From positions 448,001-512,000 of the forward strand of contig OZ250165.1 of assembly GCA_965238005.1 (NCBI GenBank): DNA of 64,000 nucleotides, given 5' to 3'. Positions 50,374 through 61,408 of this stretch are shown piece after piece. This DNA comes from Longimicrobiales bacterium. Lineage in GTDB: Bacteria > Gemmatimonadota > Gemmatimonadetes > Longimicrobiales > Gaopeijiaceae. The translations under genes were made by a program, and so were the position numbers. A model generated the notes under the pieces. The model made no database searches. It saw only the letters and a list, made by a program, of their open reading frames with translations, and was not told the origin of the DNA. Within the stretch, counting starts at the first letter, position 1; every line of letters begins with the position of its first letter.

Positions 50374-50885
50374 TGGCACGCACGAAACCTATCCGGCGCT
50401 CCTACGGCGCCGGCGAATGGGGCCGGAACCGGGTACGGGTCTTTCCCGATCCCAAGACCGGCGTGTTCCAGATCGAGTGGCGCGAGAACGGGCGCAGGCT
50501 CACAAGGTCGCTGAAGCACCGCGACTGGAGACGGGCGAAGCGGCAGGCGGACGAGTTCGCCGCTGGCTACCTCGGGCCGGAGCTCCACCGCAAGGCCGAA
50601 GCCGAGCCCGAGCCGCTCACCCTGGAGCGGCTTTTTGACATCTACGGTGAAGAGGTGACGCCCACCAAGCGTGGGCAGTCGCGGCTGCACGACAGGGGCG
50701 CGATGAGGATGTTCCTCGGGTGCTTCGGCAGGGACCGGAAGCCCGCAACGCTCTCCCAGCGCGACTGGGACCGCTTCATCCGGGAGCGGCGCGCGGGCAG
50801 GGTTGGCCCGAGCGGCAAGCCGGTGGCCGACCGGATGATCGAACGCGACTTGAAGTTCCTGCTCGCGGTCCTCAACTGGGCCGTG
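50370..50885 (+). pseudogene. Tyrosine integrase N-terminal/core-binding part, truncated
   Basis: FQIEWRENGRRLTRSL...AKRQA; DRFIRERR...IERDLKFLLAVLNWAV; no catalytic domain follows. Confidence 0.6.
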
Positions 50886-51139
50886 AAGCCGGGATCAGTC
50901 TTCGTAAGTCCCGATGGGACAACGGCTTGGCAACACCCTATGAGATACGTGTATCACGTGGTGTGTGCGAAGGTCGTAAGTCGTGTTACCCGTTGGGTTT
51001 AGGACAGAAACCCACGGACCACGGACGGCGGATGGGCGGCTGCCACGGACCACGGGCCGTTCGTTTCACGCACATCCAAAGCACCAGCGCGACAGCCGAC
51101 GAACGGCTCAACCAATCGCGGCACCGATCCGCGGGCAGG

Positions 51140-51249
51140 CCGGTCTTCCGGTCGCCGATCGCCCGCTTCCCGAACTCCGATGGCGTCAGCCGCGTGCGCC
51201 GAAGGAACGCCGCCATGCGTTCCTCGAACTGCTTCGTTAGGCTTTCCAT
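51140..51249 (-). pseudogene. Cro-like small regulator remnant
   Basis: FEERMAAFLRRTRLTPSEFGKRAIGD. Confidence 0.45.
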
Positions 51250-51255
51250 ACCGAT

Positions 51256-52641
51256 GCTAGGATCAAAGGGTGTGTAAAAAAAGAGGCGACGTACCCTTCC
51301 GCTAGGTAGTAAGAAGTTAACCAGCGAATCCCGGGTGAGCGCCCGGGGGAAAGGAACGACGCCTCGTGAGGAAGAATATGGTGGGACCCGAGAGTGAGTC
51401 CAAGCACGCCGACGTGGGAGTGCTTGGAAGCGCTGGTTCGTGAGAAGGCCCAGGAGATGGTCCAGCGGATTCTGGAGGAGGAAGTGACGGAGTTGCTCGG
51501 CCGGGAGAAGTCAGAGCGCAGGAGTACGGTGGACTCGGCCGAGGGCTACCGCAACGGATATGGAAAGCCGAGGCGGTTGGCGATGAGCTCGGGCACGATC
51601 ACACTCCGACGCCCTCGGGTTCGGGGCGTCGAGGAGCGGTTCGAGAGTCGGGTGCTGCCGTTGTTCGCGAGGCGGACGAAGGAGCTGGGCGCTCTGCTTC
51701 CGGAGCTGTATCTGCACGGACTGGCAGAGGGAGACTTCGAGCTGGCGATGCGGGGACTGCTAGGCGAGGGGGCACCGCTGTCGAAGTCTTCGATTCGGAG
51801 ACTTGGGGCGGGATGGACGGCGGAGTTCGAGGAATGGAGCCAGCGTCGCCTGGAGGGCCGTGAGGTCGTCTACGTATGGGCGGACGGGATCTACGTGAAG
51901 GCAGGGCTCGAGCGAGACAAGGCGGCGCTGCTGGTGGTGCTCGGCGCGATGCGAGACGGGACGAAGGAGGTGTTGGCCCTGAGATCGGGCTACCGAGAGT
52001 CGGTCGAGTCCTGCTCCGAGGTGTTGCGGGATCTGAAGGCACGCGGCATCGAGGCGCCCCGGCTTCTGATGGCGGACGGTAACGCGGCGATCTGGGGCGC
52101 AGTACGGCAGGTATGGCCTGAGGCGGGCGAGCAACGGTGCTGGAACCACAAGATGAAGGAACGTGCTGGACCGGCTGCCTCAGCGGGAGCAGAGCGAGGC
52201 GAAGGATCTTCTCAGGGCCGTGGTCTACGCACCGAGCCGGGCCGAGGCTGTGAAGGCCCGCGAAGTGTTCGCCAGGCGCTACAGGCCGTGGTATCCGAAG
52301 GCGGTGGACGTACTCGAGGACGACTGGGAGCGGATGGTGGCGTTCTACGACTTCCCCGCGGATCACTGGAAGCATCTACGCACGACGAACGTGGTCGAGA
52401 GCCCGTTCGCTGCGCTACGGCTCAGGACGACGGCGGCGAAGCGATTCAAGCGGGTCGAGAGCGCTACGGCGCTGATCTGGAAGTTGCTCTTGGTGGCCGA
52501 GAAGCGGTTCCGAAGGCTCGACGCTCCTCACCTTCTCAAGGACGTATTTGAAGGAAGAAAGTTCGAAGACGGAAAGCCCGTCTCAACCCAACAGCGGAAA
52601 AACGCCGCCTGATACGTTTACACACCTATTGACCCAACCTC
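51256..52641 (+). mobile_element. IS256-family element, transposase frameshifted near 52160
   Basis: IRs GCTAGGATCAAAGGGTGTGTAAA / GGTTGGGTCAATAGGTGTGTAAA; WADGIY, QRCWNHK, then LRTTNVVES in another frame. No TSD seen. Confidence 0.87.
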
Positions 52642-52871
52642 TCCTGAAACCACGTGATGAACACCTCCCTGTGGGCCGCGAACCTGGCTACGGGTGGAGC
52701 GTGAGCGCCTGCCGATCTCCCGCGTACGGACTACCGGGGCTCGAAAAAGAACGGACGCAGAAACTCGACTGCAGGGGGGCACAGCCTGCCCCACGAAGCT
52801 CGCGGTCCACGTCAGCGCTGTGCCCTCGGACTGTCCAACAAGGTAGGACCACCCCACTCGGACTTCTCTAC

Positions 52872-54020
52872 ATGAGACCACTCTACGTTGCCTGCGTCGC
52901 GGCGATCGTCTTGGCCGCATGTGCCGATGAGACTGCCCCGACTTCCATTTTGGAACCCGGCGATGCCGCCGTGAAAATTGGATTCCTGGTTTCGGGCGAC
53001 CGGATCACCTATCTGAACGGAGCCAGGATTGCGGTGGACGAAGTCAACGAGCGCGGAGGGCTGCTGGGTCGCTCCGTCGAACTGGTCATCCAGATGGACC
53101 TGCAGGAGGCGGCGGCTGCGGTTCAGGCCGCAGAGACCATGATTCTCGCCGATGAGGTCGTTGCCCTCATTGGCCCCAACCGCTCGTCGCACGCCATCGA
53201 GGTAGGGGCCGTGGCCCAGAGTCATGGTGTGCCGATGGTTACGACGGCGGCCACCAACCCAGCCGTGACCGAAGCCGGCGACCTTGTCTTCATGGCCGCG
53301 TTCACCGACCAGTTTCAAGGGCGCGTCATGGCGCAATTCGCCTCGGAGACCCTCGGGGTGACCGCAGCCGCTGTCCTGACGCAGCAGGGAGAAGTCTATA
53401 GCGAGGGGATCGGCGAATTCTTCATCGACCATTTCGGTGGCCTTGGAGGGACGATCGTCGCCGACGAGTCCTACGAGGGCGGTGCGACGGAGTTTGCCGC
53501 GCAATTGGCGCGCATCGCGGCGGCTACTCCTGGGGCCATGTTTCTCCCGGGTCTGCCGGCAGAAGTGGCGCTCGTGACCACGCAGGCGCGCGCCCTACCG
53601 CTGCAAGACGGTGCCGGGGAACCGACGCTCTTTCTCGGGGCGGATGCGTGGGACAATCCGACGCTGCTGGACAATGAAGAAGCCGCCATCGATGGCAGCT
53701 TCTTCAGCAGCCACTTTTCGCCGGACACGAGCGAGCCAAGCGCACGCGCATTCGTCGACACGTATCAGGGTCTGCACGGGACTGTCCCCACCGGCGGCGA
53801 TGCGGTGAGCTACGATGCGGTGCGGTTGCTCTTGGAAGCCGCAGAGCGAGCGGGCAGCCTCGACGCAGACGCCGTGCGCCAGGAACTGCTAGCTACCGAA
53901 GGATACGCCGGGGCAACCCACATCGCCCACTACAACGAACAGCGCCATCCGACAAAAAGCGCGGTCATCATGACCATCGAGAACGGCGTGAAGAGGTTCC
54001 TTCAGCACGTGGATCCGTAA
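52872..54020 (+). CDS. Branched-chain amino acid ABC transporter substrate-binding lipoprotein (LivK-like), orphan
   Basis: Lipobox LAAC; GARIAVDEVNERGGLLGR, IGPNRS, ATNPAVT and YDAVRLL. Confidence 0.87.
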   Translation: MRPLYVACVAAIVLAACADETAPTSILEPGDAAVKIGFLVSGDRITYLNGARIAVDEVNERGGLLGRSVELVIQMDLQEAAAAVQAAETMILADEVVALIGPNRSSHAIEVGAVAQSHGVPMVTTAATNPAVTEAGDLVFMAAFTDQFQGRVMAQFASETLGVTAAAVLTQQGEVYSEGIGEFFIDHFGGLGGTIVADESYEGGATEFAAQLARIAAATPGAMFLPGLPAEVALVTTQARALPLQDGAGEPTLFLGADAWDNPTLLDNEEAAIDGSFFSSHFSPDTSEPSARAFVDTYQGLHGTVPTGGDAVSYDAVRLLLEAAERAGSLDADAVRQELLATEGYAGATHIAHYNEQRHPTKSAVIMTIENGVKRFLQHVDP

Positions 54021-56052
54021 GGAGGCGTGCCGGCACTAAGCGCGGGATCTGAGGGATCCGGAGCCGCTCGCCTGCAGGCATGCCGCCCAGAGCCCGGGTC
54101 GGACGGGGTCTGAGTACGGGTTATGGACCCCCAAGGGGGCCCTCCCCGCGGACGAGGGACCGCGGGCGGGGGCGAAGAAACGACGCCCATCCTTGATCTT
54201 CGGGGCATCACCCCAACGAGGCGTCACTAAAGGCCTCTCTTCTACCTTAGCGTCTGGATTCACGGGCTCGCCGGACGCGGCGAGACAGACTTGGCCCGAA
54301 GCCGGCGAATCACAAGGTGAGCAACGTGCTTGACCGGTTGCCCAAGCGGCCATTCCCTCTTCCGTGTTCAATGGGTCGTTCACGATGATCGCCTCCTCCG
54401 ATCGTGCCCTGTCGCTCTCCTACTGGAGATTCGTTTAGATCGGCATCGGGCAACCACGCAATCTTCCCAAGACAGGATTCGATATGCACGGCCCGCTGGG
54501 CGGAAGACGACCTGTGGACGAAACCACCCACCCTCAGCGACCCGGCGATCGGATTCCCCGATCCGGTCCTGCAGTTCGCCTCTACCAGCTGGTCCGGTTT
54601 CGGGGAGGTCAGCAGACTCATACGGGCGGGAGACGTGGAGGCCGCGGCGGCGCTTGTTCAACCGTGGCAAGTGGCGGTCGGCGTGGGTGCGCAAGGCCTT
54701 TCGGCCGGCCCCGGTCCCCTTTCCGCTCCTTGCGCTTATTCGATTCCTGAGTCTGGTTGCCCGCACGTTCTACAGCCGAATCGAGGTCGCCGTATCATGG
54801 TGACCCCTACCTCTCCGAGTCGCCTTCGCCTCCTCCAAGGCTTCGGGACCCAGCGAAAGGTCGACGCGGGATTGGCATACCATGGCCGCTTGAACACTGC
54901 AATGGCCACGTGACTGGCACAAGACGGTGTGCCGAAAACCTGGCGCAGTTCATTCCACAAGCAGGCACTCAAGGTTGTGCTGACAAGGGATATTATCACT
55001 GCGAACTCGCGCACGGGAGCAGCAGGCCGCCGGGCCTACTCGAAGGCGTAGCGGATGCGCACGCCAGCCTGCTGCGGGGCGAGCACGTTGGCAAAGTAGC
55101 GGCGTGACCGGAAACCGTCCTCCGTGCGCCCGATGTGGCCGGGCGTCTGGCGCACGCTAGTCACGGCGTACTTGTCGAGCAGGTTGTCGGCGTAGAACGT
55201 CAGGGTCCAATTGTCCTTCGAGATCGAGGCCGACACGTTGTGGAGATCGTAGGCCGGGAGCGTTTCGCCGCCGGCGCGCAACCCGATCCGCGTGAGCACG
55301 TCGCCGATGTAGGTGTAGCCGTACAGCAGCTCGAGCGCGGTGCTGCCGCCGAGCAGCCGGGCATAAGAGGCGAGCAAGCTGCCTTGATGCCGCGGGGCAC
55401 CCGACAGGCGGTCGCCCTCAAAGGCGTCGGCGCCCCCTTCGAGGAGGCCGGGCGAGTCCTGGCTCAGCTCGGCGCGCGTGTAGGACCATGATCCGCGGAG
55501 GCGCAACGCGCTCGTCAGGCCGGCGGCCCCTGCCAGCTCGACACCACGGCTCACGGCTCCTGCGCCGTTCAGCGTGATCGGCTCCGCGCTGAAGGGGGTG
55601 AGCCCAGCGACCTGAATGTCCTCCCAGTCGACGTGGAACAACGTGCCGCTAGCGCTGAACCGTCCGCCGCGCCACGAGCGGCGCACCCCGACCTCGTAGT
55701 TGGTAGTGATGTCGGGCCGGATCAGCGCCTGATCCTCGTAGATGCAGCCAGACTGCGGCGGGTCGTTACTGGGGTCCGCGTCGGTGAGCAGGGCGATCTC
55801 CTCGTCGGAGCAGACGCGGAAGTTGTTGCTGCCCCCGATGCGGTACCCCTCCGAGCGGGTGAAGTAGGCGTTCGTCTGGTCGTCGAAGCGGTAGTTGACG
55901 CTCGCCTTGAACAGTACACCACGGTCGTCGGACTCGAAGTCGGTGAACGGCGAGTTGTACAGGGGCGTGTAGGGGAACTCGGTGAGACTGCCCGTCTCGA
56001 TGCGGTAGCCGAACCAGCGGCCGCCAGCCGTAAGGCGCCAGCGGTCCCCTAG

Positions 56053-57654
56053 GAGTCTGCGCCGCAGAACCCTGCGGCGGCTATCTTTGGTGGTAGCGAA
56101 GGCATTGGGAAGGCTTGCGGATCACCGAGGGGGGTGAATGGGAACGACATTTCGACCGTACGATCCGGAGCAGATGTTGTTGCTGCCTCCGGATCTTCGG
56201 GAGTGGGTGTCGGAGGGTCATTTGGCGCACCATGTGAGCGACCTGGTGGACGCGGTGGAGCTGAGCGCGTTCTACGGGCGGTACCGGGGGGACGGGCGGC
56301 GCAACTCGCCGTACGACCCTCGGATGATGGTCAAGGTGCTGATCTACGCGTATGCGACGGGCACCTTCTCGTCGCGGAAGATGGCGAGGAAGCTGGAGGA
56401 GGATGTCGCGTTTCGGATGCTGGCGGCGGAGAACTTCCCGAAGCACCGGACGCTGTGCGAGTTCCGCAAGCGCCATCTCGGGGATTTCCGGGCGGTGTTT
56501 GTGGAGGTGGTGATGCTCGCGCGGGCCTTGGGGCTGGCGGGGCTTGGCAGGGTGTCGGTGGACGGGACGAAGGTTCGGGCGAACGCGAACAAGCGCAAGG
56601 CGATGAGCTACGGCCGGATGGTGACCGGGGAGCCTCGGCTGGAGGCGGAGATCCGGGGGCTGTTGGAGAGGGCCGAGGCGGTGGACGAAGCGGAAGACGA
56701 GCGCTACGGCGAGGAAGCATGCGGAGACGAGGTGCCGGAGGAGCTCAAGCGGCGCGAGGACCGGCTGGCGGCGATCCGGGAGGCGAAGGCGCGCCTGGAA
56801 GCCGAGCAGAGAGCGGCGGACGACGCACGGGGCCGCAAGCCGGGGCAGACGCGCAACCCGAAGGGCGGCAGGCCCTACAAGCGGGAGTACGGAGAGCCGG
56901 ACGAGGCGGCGCAGAGCAACTTCACGGACCCTGAGAGCCGGATCATGAAGACGAGTTCGGAGGGGTTCCAGCAGTGCTACAACGCACAGACGGTCGTGGA
57001 GGGGGAGAACCAGCTGGTGGTCGGGGCCGAGGTGACGGACAACGCGAGCGACCAGGGCCAGCTGGTGCCCATGGTCGACGCGGTGGCGCAAGCGTACGGC
57101 GAGACGCCGGCGCAGGTGCTGGCGGACACGGGCTATTGCAACGAGCGGGATCTCGAGGAACTGGAAGAGCGAGACATCGACGGGTATGTGGCGCTGGCCC
57201 GGGAGGGCAAGGCCGCCCCCACGGTTGACAAGGAGGAATATCCGGCGAAAGTCCGCATGGCGGAGAAGCTGGCGAGCGAAGATGGCCGCAGACGCTACGC
57301 ACGGCGAAAGTCGCAGGCCGAGGCGCCCATCGGCTGGATCAAGGAAGTGATGGGCTTTCGACGATTCAGCTTCCGGGGCCTCGAGAAGGTCCGGGCCGAG
57401 TGGACCCTCGTGTGCCTGGCACTCAATGTGAAGCGGCTGCACACCCTTCAGGCGGCATGACTGCACGAGGGTTCACCCGCATCTGCCGGCGCGAGGGCTC
57501 TCGTAGCTCTCTTGCCCCCCCCAACGCATCCATTCCGCTCTCCCGATCCGTCGCAGACACAAGTCCTCAACCTCCCAATCACCCGGATCCGCCTCGCCGC
57601 GGACGGCTCGATGACCATTCGGCTCAGTCAGCTGTGCTTCTGCGGCGCAGACTC
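56053..57654 (+). mobile_element. IS1182-family element, copy 2 (1602 bp, inverted relative to copy 1)
   Basis: Same IRs; CTAG at 56049-56052 and 57655-57658; transposase translation identical to copy 1. Confidence 0.93.
56138..57460 (+). CDS. IS1182 transposase
   Basis: Same 440-aa sequence as 30244-31566. Confidence 0.92.
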   Translation: MGTTFRPYDPEQMLLLPPDLREWVSEGHLAHHVSDLVDAVELSAFYGRYRGDGRRNSPYDPRMMVKVLIYAYATGTFSSRKMARKLEEDVAFRMLAAENFPKHRTLCEFRKRHLGDFRAVFVEVVMLARALGLAGLGRVSVDGTKVRANANKRKAMSYGRMVTGEPRLEAEIRGLLERAEAVDEAEDERYGEEACGDEVPEELKRREDRLAAIREAKARLEAEQRAADDARGRKPGQTRNPKGGRPYKREYGEPDEAAQSNFTDPESRIMKTSSEGFQQCYNAQTVVEGENQLVVGAEVTDNASDQGQLVPMVDAVAQAYGETPAQVLADTGYCNERDLEELEERDIDGYVALAREGKAAPTVDKEEYPAKVRMAEKLASEDGRRRYARRKSQAEAPIGWIKEVMGFRRFSFRGLEKVRAEWTLVCLALNVKRLHTLQAA

Positions 57655-59776
57655 CTAGCTCGCTAGAGACTTCCCCGAACAGCGCCCGCTCCTCCACCGC
57701 TTGGTTCCCTAGGGTGCAATACTCGATCGGCTCGGACGCCGGGCTCCCCCCGAGGATGGGCCTGACGCCGGAGAATTCCGTCAGACCCGGCGTGAACTCG
57801 AAGCTCGTCCCGCTGCTGTCGTAGTTGTTGAAGAAGATGCCGCCGACCCAGCGCCACGGCCCGTCGCCGGTTGAGACGACGCGCGTTTCCCAGTTGAACC
57901 GCTCCTCCCACGAATCCTCGCGCGTATAGGCCGAGAAGGCTCGGAACTGCGAGGTCAGGTCGGTGGCCGAGACGCCTGGATCGATCGCCCGCGCTCTTGC
58001 CAGCGCCGGGAACTCGCCCGGCAGCAGCCCCGCGATGCCAAACTCCTGGATCAACAGGTCGGTCTGATCCCGCTGTCCGTGCGCGGTGAAGCGCGAGAAT
58101 CCGACTGCCGTTGTCAGCTCCACGCCACCCGGCGCCCAGGTCAGCTCCAGGCTCCACAACTGGTTCCTCTGATCGTTCGGTTCGAGAAAGCGGTGCGCGG
58201 CGACGTAGCGGCCGGTGTCAAACGACTGAGCATGATTGATCTGCCGCGCGCCGACCTGTTGATCCTGCAGATGGTAGGCGAACAAGGCTGACAGCTCCGA
58301 GGTCGCCTGCCACAGCAAAGATAGCCGTGCGGAGACCGTCTCCTCCGTGTTGGCGTCGGGCTCCCGGCGCAGATTCACGGCCACCGCCTCGGGATCGCTA
58401 AGGTTCGGCTCCGGCTCGGAGACGCCCGGCGTACGCAGCAGGTAGTGGTAGTCGATGAACCCGGGATCCGCATAACGGTCGACGGAGCCGCGTAGCGCCA
58501 GCCTGCCGGAAGCAAGCGGCAGGTTGAAGGTGAGGCCGACGTCCGAGCCCGGGGCGCCCCCGTGGGCCAGAGCGAAGAGGTCGCCACGGACCTCGAACGT
58601 GCGCCGCTCCGTGTCCGGTCGGCGCGGCAGGTAGCGTACGGCTCCCGCCAGCGTTCCGGCACCGTATAGCGTGCCCTGGGGTCCGAGCAGCACCTCCACC
58701 CGCTCGATGTCGTGCAGCCGTAGGTCGACAGCGAGCGGAATGTCGCCCAGGTAGGTGGCGACGCCGTTGTTGTAGTTGTTGCCGGCCTGCTCGGAGCCGG
58801 TTAGCGCATCCGTGTGCAGGCCGCGCGCGATGACCACGTTGCTGCCGCGGGCACCCTGGTCGACCACCGTCAGGCCGGGCGTCCAGCGCGACAGCTCAGT
58901 GAGGTTCCCGATTGCCCGCCGCTCGATGTTGGTACCGCTCACCGCCGAGATGCTCATCGGCACCTGTCGCAGCGGCTCCTCGAGGCGGGTTGCCGTCACC
59001 ACCACCGCCTCGGCGAAGACGACGAGCAGAGTGATTGCCGGCAGCTCGACCGGCTCGGCGGCGATCACGATACCGTCCACCGTCACCGCGCCGACGCCTC
59101 CCAGAGAGACGGTCACCGCGTAGGCCCCGGGCGAGAGGTCCGTGAACGTGAACCGGCCGCGCGCATCCGCCTGCACCTCCCGCGGTATATCGGGCCCGCC
59201 GCTCAGCGTGACGGTGGCGCCGGGTAGCACGCCGCCGGTCGCATCCACGACCACACCCGTAATCTCGCCCGCCTGCGCCGCGGCCAGCCGCGGCCACGCA
59301 GTCAGGAAGAAGCAGAAGAGGATTAGACCGACCGCCGTCCTGCAGAGCCCCTTCACGGCGCAACGTGACCCGATAGAAACCAGAGCGCTGCTAGCACCAC
59401 GGGACGCACAACGATGACGGCGACGTAGGTGCGGGTCACGGACCCAACGTATAGCGGCGCGAGTCGACATTCGGCGACGTTGACCGGCACGTAGACCACG
59501 TGCGTGTCGCCAGTCCGCCGCGGGAGGTCTCCTTTGCAAACAGTTCCTGTGATCCACGGGCCTCCGATTCGGAGCGAGGAAAACGGGCGGCCATCTGGCA
59601 GATGGCTACAGCATTACCAGCAGAGTGTCAACCGTGAAGATAATCGATGCGGACGTAGCACAAGCTCACTTGAGTCGAAGAACTCGCAGAGTACTACCGG
59701 CCTACCCGCATAAGTGCCCGCTGCCGACTTCTTTGAACGTGGGCCTGGCCCTGCACCTCCTTCTCCACGAGTCTCC

Positions 59777-59890
59777 CTATGGGTGTCGGTCCGGGTCACC
59801 CTCCGCTACGACGTCCCGGATCTCATCCTCGCTGCCGACATCCTCGGGTAAGAGGCCGTAGCCTTCGGCCATCCAGGCCGGCAGCGCCAA
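59777..59890 (-). pseudogene. Remnant paralog of the small acidic gene at 47470
   Basis: LPAWMAEGYGLLPEDVGSEDEIRD vs VPASLAEEYGLFSEDVGSEDEIRD. Confidence 0.65.
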
Positions 59891-60044
59891 GTCGCAAAGC
59901 CGTCGACCGTCGCCTTGCAGCTCCTGTCTGTTTGTATCCCTTCGACTCCCAATACGCCCTACGCGCTGACGGCGAACGGCAACCTGTCGAGGGCGCTCCC
60001 CTTGCCGACCGCCGCCGAATTGTTTCTCTGGGGAGAAGTGCAGG

Positions 60045-60165
60045 CTAGAAAATCCGCTCGTCGGCGCTGTGGGCGTACAGATGGTCGACGTGGTGGTGTT
60101 CGGTGCAGCCATCCGCCGTGTACTCCAGTTGGATCGTAATGTGATGGATACCGAAGTCATGGGCT
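60045..60165 (-). pseudogene. Cation diffusion facilitator (CzcD-like) C-terminal remnant
   Basis: HDFGIHHITIQLE...C.EHHHVDH. Confidence 0.55.
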
Positions 60166-60431
60166 GCCGTCGTCCTCCTCTCCTGTACGCCAGACGTGGT
60201 ACGTATCGCCGGGCCGTCTTGACGCGCGAAACCGGGGGGGGGAGGGGGGGGGTGAGGGCCGGGGCCGGTTGGCGTGGGAAGAAGGCGTTCGGGTCTCCGG
60301 GCGGGCAAGGTCGTCTTGATGCGGCGGCGGCGGTCAGTCTTGCCGTTATGAAACGCGGAAGCGAGCGTGTTGCCCATCTGGCCCTCCGGGGTCTGTCTGT
60401 GGGTGAGAGAGGACCGAAGGAGGCAAACCGA

Positions 60432-60911
60432 ATGGGAACGGCCCGCTACCTGCTCGCTCTGGCGGGCCTCGCTATCGCCGTGCCGCTAGCGGGCCAGGAG
60501 GTTGACTCTGCTTTGGAGGAGTTTGAGGTGCTGGCAAGGGGTTGGACGGAGGACGGGAGGTTGTCGGAGGACCCGCCGCCGCTCGCGGCGCGGGTGGACG
60601 CGGCGCAGGCGTTGGCGGATGATCTGGGCACGCTGGCGGCGCTCCAGGTGTTGATCGCGACGAGGGAGGAGGCGTGGGACCTCTTGTTCGATGCGGCGTT
60701 GGCGTTGGCGAATGCGCAGGAAAGGGCAGAGTTGGAGGCGGCAACGGAGGAGTTTGCGCTGTTGCAGGCGGTGGAGGACGCGGCGCGGGCGTCTGGCACG
60801 TGGACGCTTGACGATGTTGCCGAGTTGAGTGAACGGCGGCGGGTGGTGCGGAGCGCGGTGATAGCCATCGCCTTCGCGGTGAGGGACCGTCTGCGCGTGG
60901 CGAACCCCTAA
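60432..60911 (+). CDS. Secreted helical hypothetical protein
   Basis: AAGGAGG RBS, then signal peptide MGTARYLLALAGLAIAVPLAG-Q. Confidence 0.55.
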   Translation: MGTARYLLALAGLAIAVPLAGQEVDSALEEFEVLARGWTEDGRLSEDPPPLAARVDAAQALADDLGTLAALQVLIATREEAWDLLFDAALALANAQERAELEAATEEFALLQAVEDAARASGTWTLDDVAELSERRRVVRSAVIAIAFAVRDRLRVANP

Positions 60912-60988
60912 CCCCCGTGTTGGTGGGTGGCGGCCCCAACGCGCTTAGAAACGATTCTACGGCCCCGAGCGCCGGGGAGCGCGCCTGA

Positions 60989-61047
60989 GCCAGCCCACGC
61001 AATGTGAAACATTGCGGTCTGGCCAAGGGGACGCTGCGCCCCCCTTG
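60989..61047 (+). other. Candidate oriT
   Basis: Perfect IR CGCAATGT-GAA-ACATTGCG followed by GTCTGGCC (ColE1 nic context is CTGG^C), then a CAAGGGG/CCCCTTG hairpin; lies upstream of mobC. Confidence 0.55.
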
Positions 61048-61109
61048 AACCCCCAACTTCCCGCGCCGCTGCCGGGGCAGCGAGCGGTGGGTGCCGCCGT
61101 CGCGAACCG

Positions 61110-61408
61110 CGTCGCCGGTGCGATCCCAGCGGCGCGCCCACGCCCGGCGGAGCACTCCGCCTATCGGCACGAGGACGCGGCGGCAGGCGGTGACGCGGTC
61201 GCTGACGTGGATCGCGCTGGGTCATTGAGGCGCGAGCAGAGCCGCCGGGCCCGGCTCCATCGGGCGCGACCGGACACGGCTCGCACGCTGGGCGAACACG
61301 CACGCCTCGGCGGCCGAAGCCGTCGCGGTGACCGCCAACCTCGTGTCGTTCGAGCGGTCGCTGCTCGCCGTGGCCCGCCTCGACGGAGACGGCGGGGATG
61401 CACATTAA
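61110..61408 (+). pseudogene. mobC: MobC/MbeC relaxosome accessory protein, degraded
   Basis: PAEHSAY...AAAG N-terminal piece and C-terminal LARWANTH...AVTANLVSFERSL...GDAH*; overlaps the relaxase start. Confidence 0.6.

Larger units (their letters stand above)
55036..59356 (-). pseudogene. TonB-dependent receptor with carboxypeptidase-regulatory N-domain, interrupted by IS1182
   Basis: GVVVDATGGVLPGATV, VVVTATR and DIERVEVLLGPQGTLYG; removing the IS plus one CTAG restores ...GEVSSELGDRWRLT...; ends IRYAFE. Confidence 0.9.

Noticed and set aside
54130..54390. tmRNA or group II intron
   Set aside because: No tRNA-like acceptor/T arm, tag peptide, GTGCG 5' end, domain V or reverse transcriptase was recognised.
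60234..60265. G-rich run as a functional G-quadruplex
   Set aside because: Homopolymer runs are error-prone and there is no supporting context.
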